This document shows positions 62,183-64,000 of a DNA stretch of 64,000 nt, piece after piece (the stretch's first letter is position 1; each line of letters starts with the position of its first letter). A program made the translations under genes and the position numbers. The stretch lies in the NCBI GenBank assembly GCA_951406725.2, contig OX597824.1, positions 83,700,001 to 83,764,000 on the forward strand, read 5' to 3'. Origin of the DNA: Octopus vulgaris. Lineage: Eukaryota. The notes beneath the pieces are model-generated. The model was not told the origin of the DNA and did not search any database. It saw nothing but the letters and a program-made list of their open reading frames with translations.

Positions 62183-64000
62183 TTGCATGGCTTGGACAGC
62201 ATTCGTCGAGACAGATTTTTCTAATGGCTGGATGCTCCTCCTGTTGCCCATACTCAACCTGTTTCCAAGCAACTGTAATATTTTCCACATGGCTGAGTCC
62301 ATGCGCAAGCAAGATTGGCAATGAAGGATATCAGTTGTATGATGACAACACTCATCAAAACTGTTGCACAATGTCAAAGCAAGAATATTGACAAGCACAC
62401 AGATAAATATACACACACACACCCATGCAGTAGGCTACTTTCTGTTTCTGTCTACCAAATCCACTCACAAAGCTTTGATTAGTCTGGGATCGTAGCCATA
62501 ATAGGCTCATGTGGAAGTTTCTATTTCTGGTTCAATATTTTTTGGCTAGAATAAGGCAGCAAACTGGTAGAAATGTTAGCAGATTTGGTGAAATGCTTAG
62601 CAGTATTTTGTCTGCCGCTACGTTCTGAGTTCAAATTCCGCCGAGGTCGACTTTCCCTTTCATCCTTTTCAGGGTCGATTAAATTAAGTACCAGTTGTGT
62701 ACACACTGGGGTCGATATAATTGTCTTAATCCGTTTGTCTGTCCTTGTTTGTCCCTTCTGTGTTTAGCCCCTTGTGTGTAATAAAGAAATAGGTTATTTC
62801 GTCTCTTTTAAGTTATGAGTTCAAATTCTGCCAAAGTTGACTTTCCCTTTTATCATTTCAGGGTTGATAAATTAAGTACCAGTTGTGTACTGGGGTTGAT
62901 CTAATCAACTGGTCCCCTCCCTAAAAATTTTGGGCCTTGTGCCTAGAGTAGGAAATAATATTTTTGGCTAGAATATTATTGAAATTAAGAGGGTTTGGGT
63001 AAGGTTAAAGAGTGAAGACCCCTTTCCGTCACGAATGACCATGGGATTGCACCTAGAAAGTTACTCCCCGAGGCACAAGTCCGGGCAAGGTTGTTTATGG
63101 CGGACCAGCAGTCATCCATGCATACCAGCCTCCCTTCTCCACACCACTGATGTTATCCAAGAGAAAGGCAAAGGCCAATACAGCTTGGCACTAGTGACAT
63201 TGCAACTCATTTCTACAGATGAGTGAACTGGTGCAACAGAGTTTATGAGTTTTCATGAGTTAATTATTTTTTTTTAAGTGGTGACCAAGGTGTCATGAAG
63301 TGGGATTGAACCCAAAATCATGTTGGAAAATGAACTTTTCAACTACGCAGCCATACCTCAGAAAATAAATAAAAAGTGTGAACATAACAGTTTTTATGTA
63401 GTTTGAAGTGGTCTGAACGGTTCTTTCACAATGTAATTGCTTCAAGGTATAACATTGTACATCTGTTTCGTGTCTCATGTGAAAGAGCAAGATCTAGTAG
63501 ATAGAGTGTCTGGCTTTCTACTCGTGATCATAAGATTGTGGGTTCAATTTCTGGAGTGAGAAAGAAGTAATTTATCACAGCACTTGACTTGTACTTTATT
63601 TATTGACTTGATCCCCAAAGGGATAAAATGTAAAGTTAGCCTTTGTGGGACTTGTGCTCAGAACCTAGATTGTAGGAATAGAAGCTTCAAGTTATTATAG
63701 CCACTGCTAAAAATGATACTGTCAGCTCCATCACCTGAGAGCCATCCTGGAGATAAACAAATCAACAACTGTGTTAATCCATAAAAAAAGGAGAAAAAAA
63801 ATGAAGAGTATTGTATTCTTACAAAAATGAATATTAATTTAGAATTTTATAGTTTGGCCTCAAACAAGGATGAGGTATGAAATTATTGAGAAGATAATCA
63901 ATCAACTAAATTTAAATAATAGTAGTAGTAGTAGTAGTAGTAACAAGAACAACAACCTAAGCATCTGATGTCTTCAAATTTTTGATAGAATCTCTAAGTG

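Noticed and set aside
61574-62422. poly-Phe/Ser/Arg/Lys ORFs
   Set aside because: Translations of (TTC)n.
59001-64000. next dynein exon or gene end
   Set aside because: The expected continuation of the AAA1 lid was not found, so the intron appears to run past the window end.

Overview
AT-rich, microsatellite-laden animal genomic DNA. The SINE repertoire suggests an octopus or other coleoid cephalopod (inference). The window lies inside one large plus-strand gene, an axonemal inner-arm dynein heavy chain most like DNAH12 (DNAH3/7/12 group). I traced 15 consecutive GT-AG exons from 8388 to 59000. They total 3111 nt (1037 codons), all splice phases agree, and they encode the late tail, the linker and AAA1 (Walker A GPAGTGKT, Walker B CFDEFNR). 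Start and stop codons lie outside the window. The introns are filled with four SINE families, CR1/RTE LINE 3' ends, Helitrons, pogo/hAT/piggyBac/mariner-type MITEs, Penelope-like remnants and satellites. I see no convincing new protein-coding system. The most interesting signals are non-coding: (1) two type-I hammerhead-ribozyme motifs in Penelope-like remnants, one inside a 294-nt fold-back whose inverted arm ends 1 nt past the predicted cleavage site; (2) several long intronic fold-backs and inverted SINE pairs, one bracketing an exon with a weak donor; (3) three different satellites grown from one SINE family. All coordinates were read by eye, and repeat boundaries are approximate.
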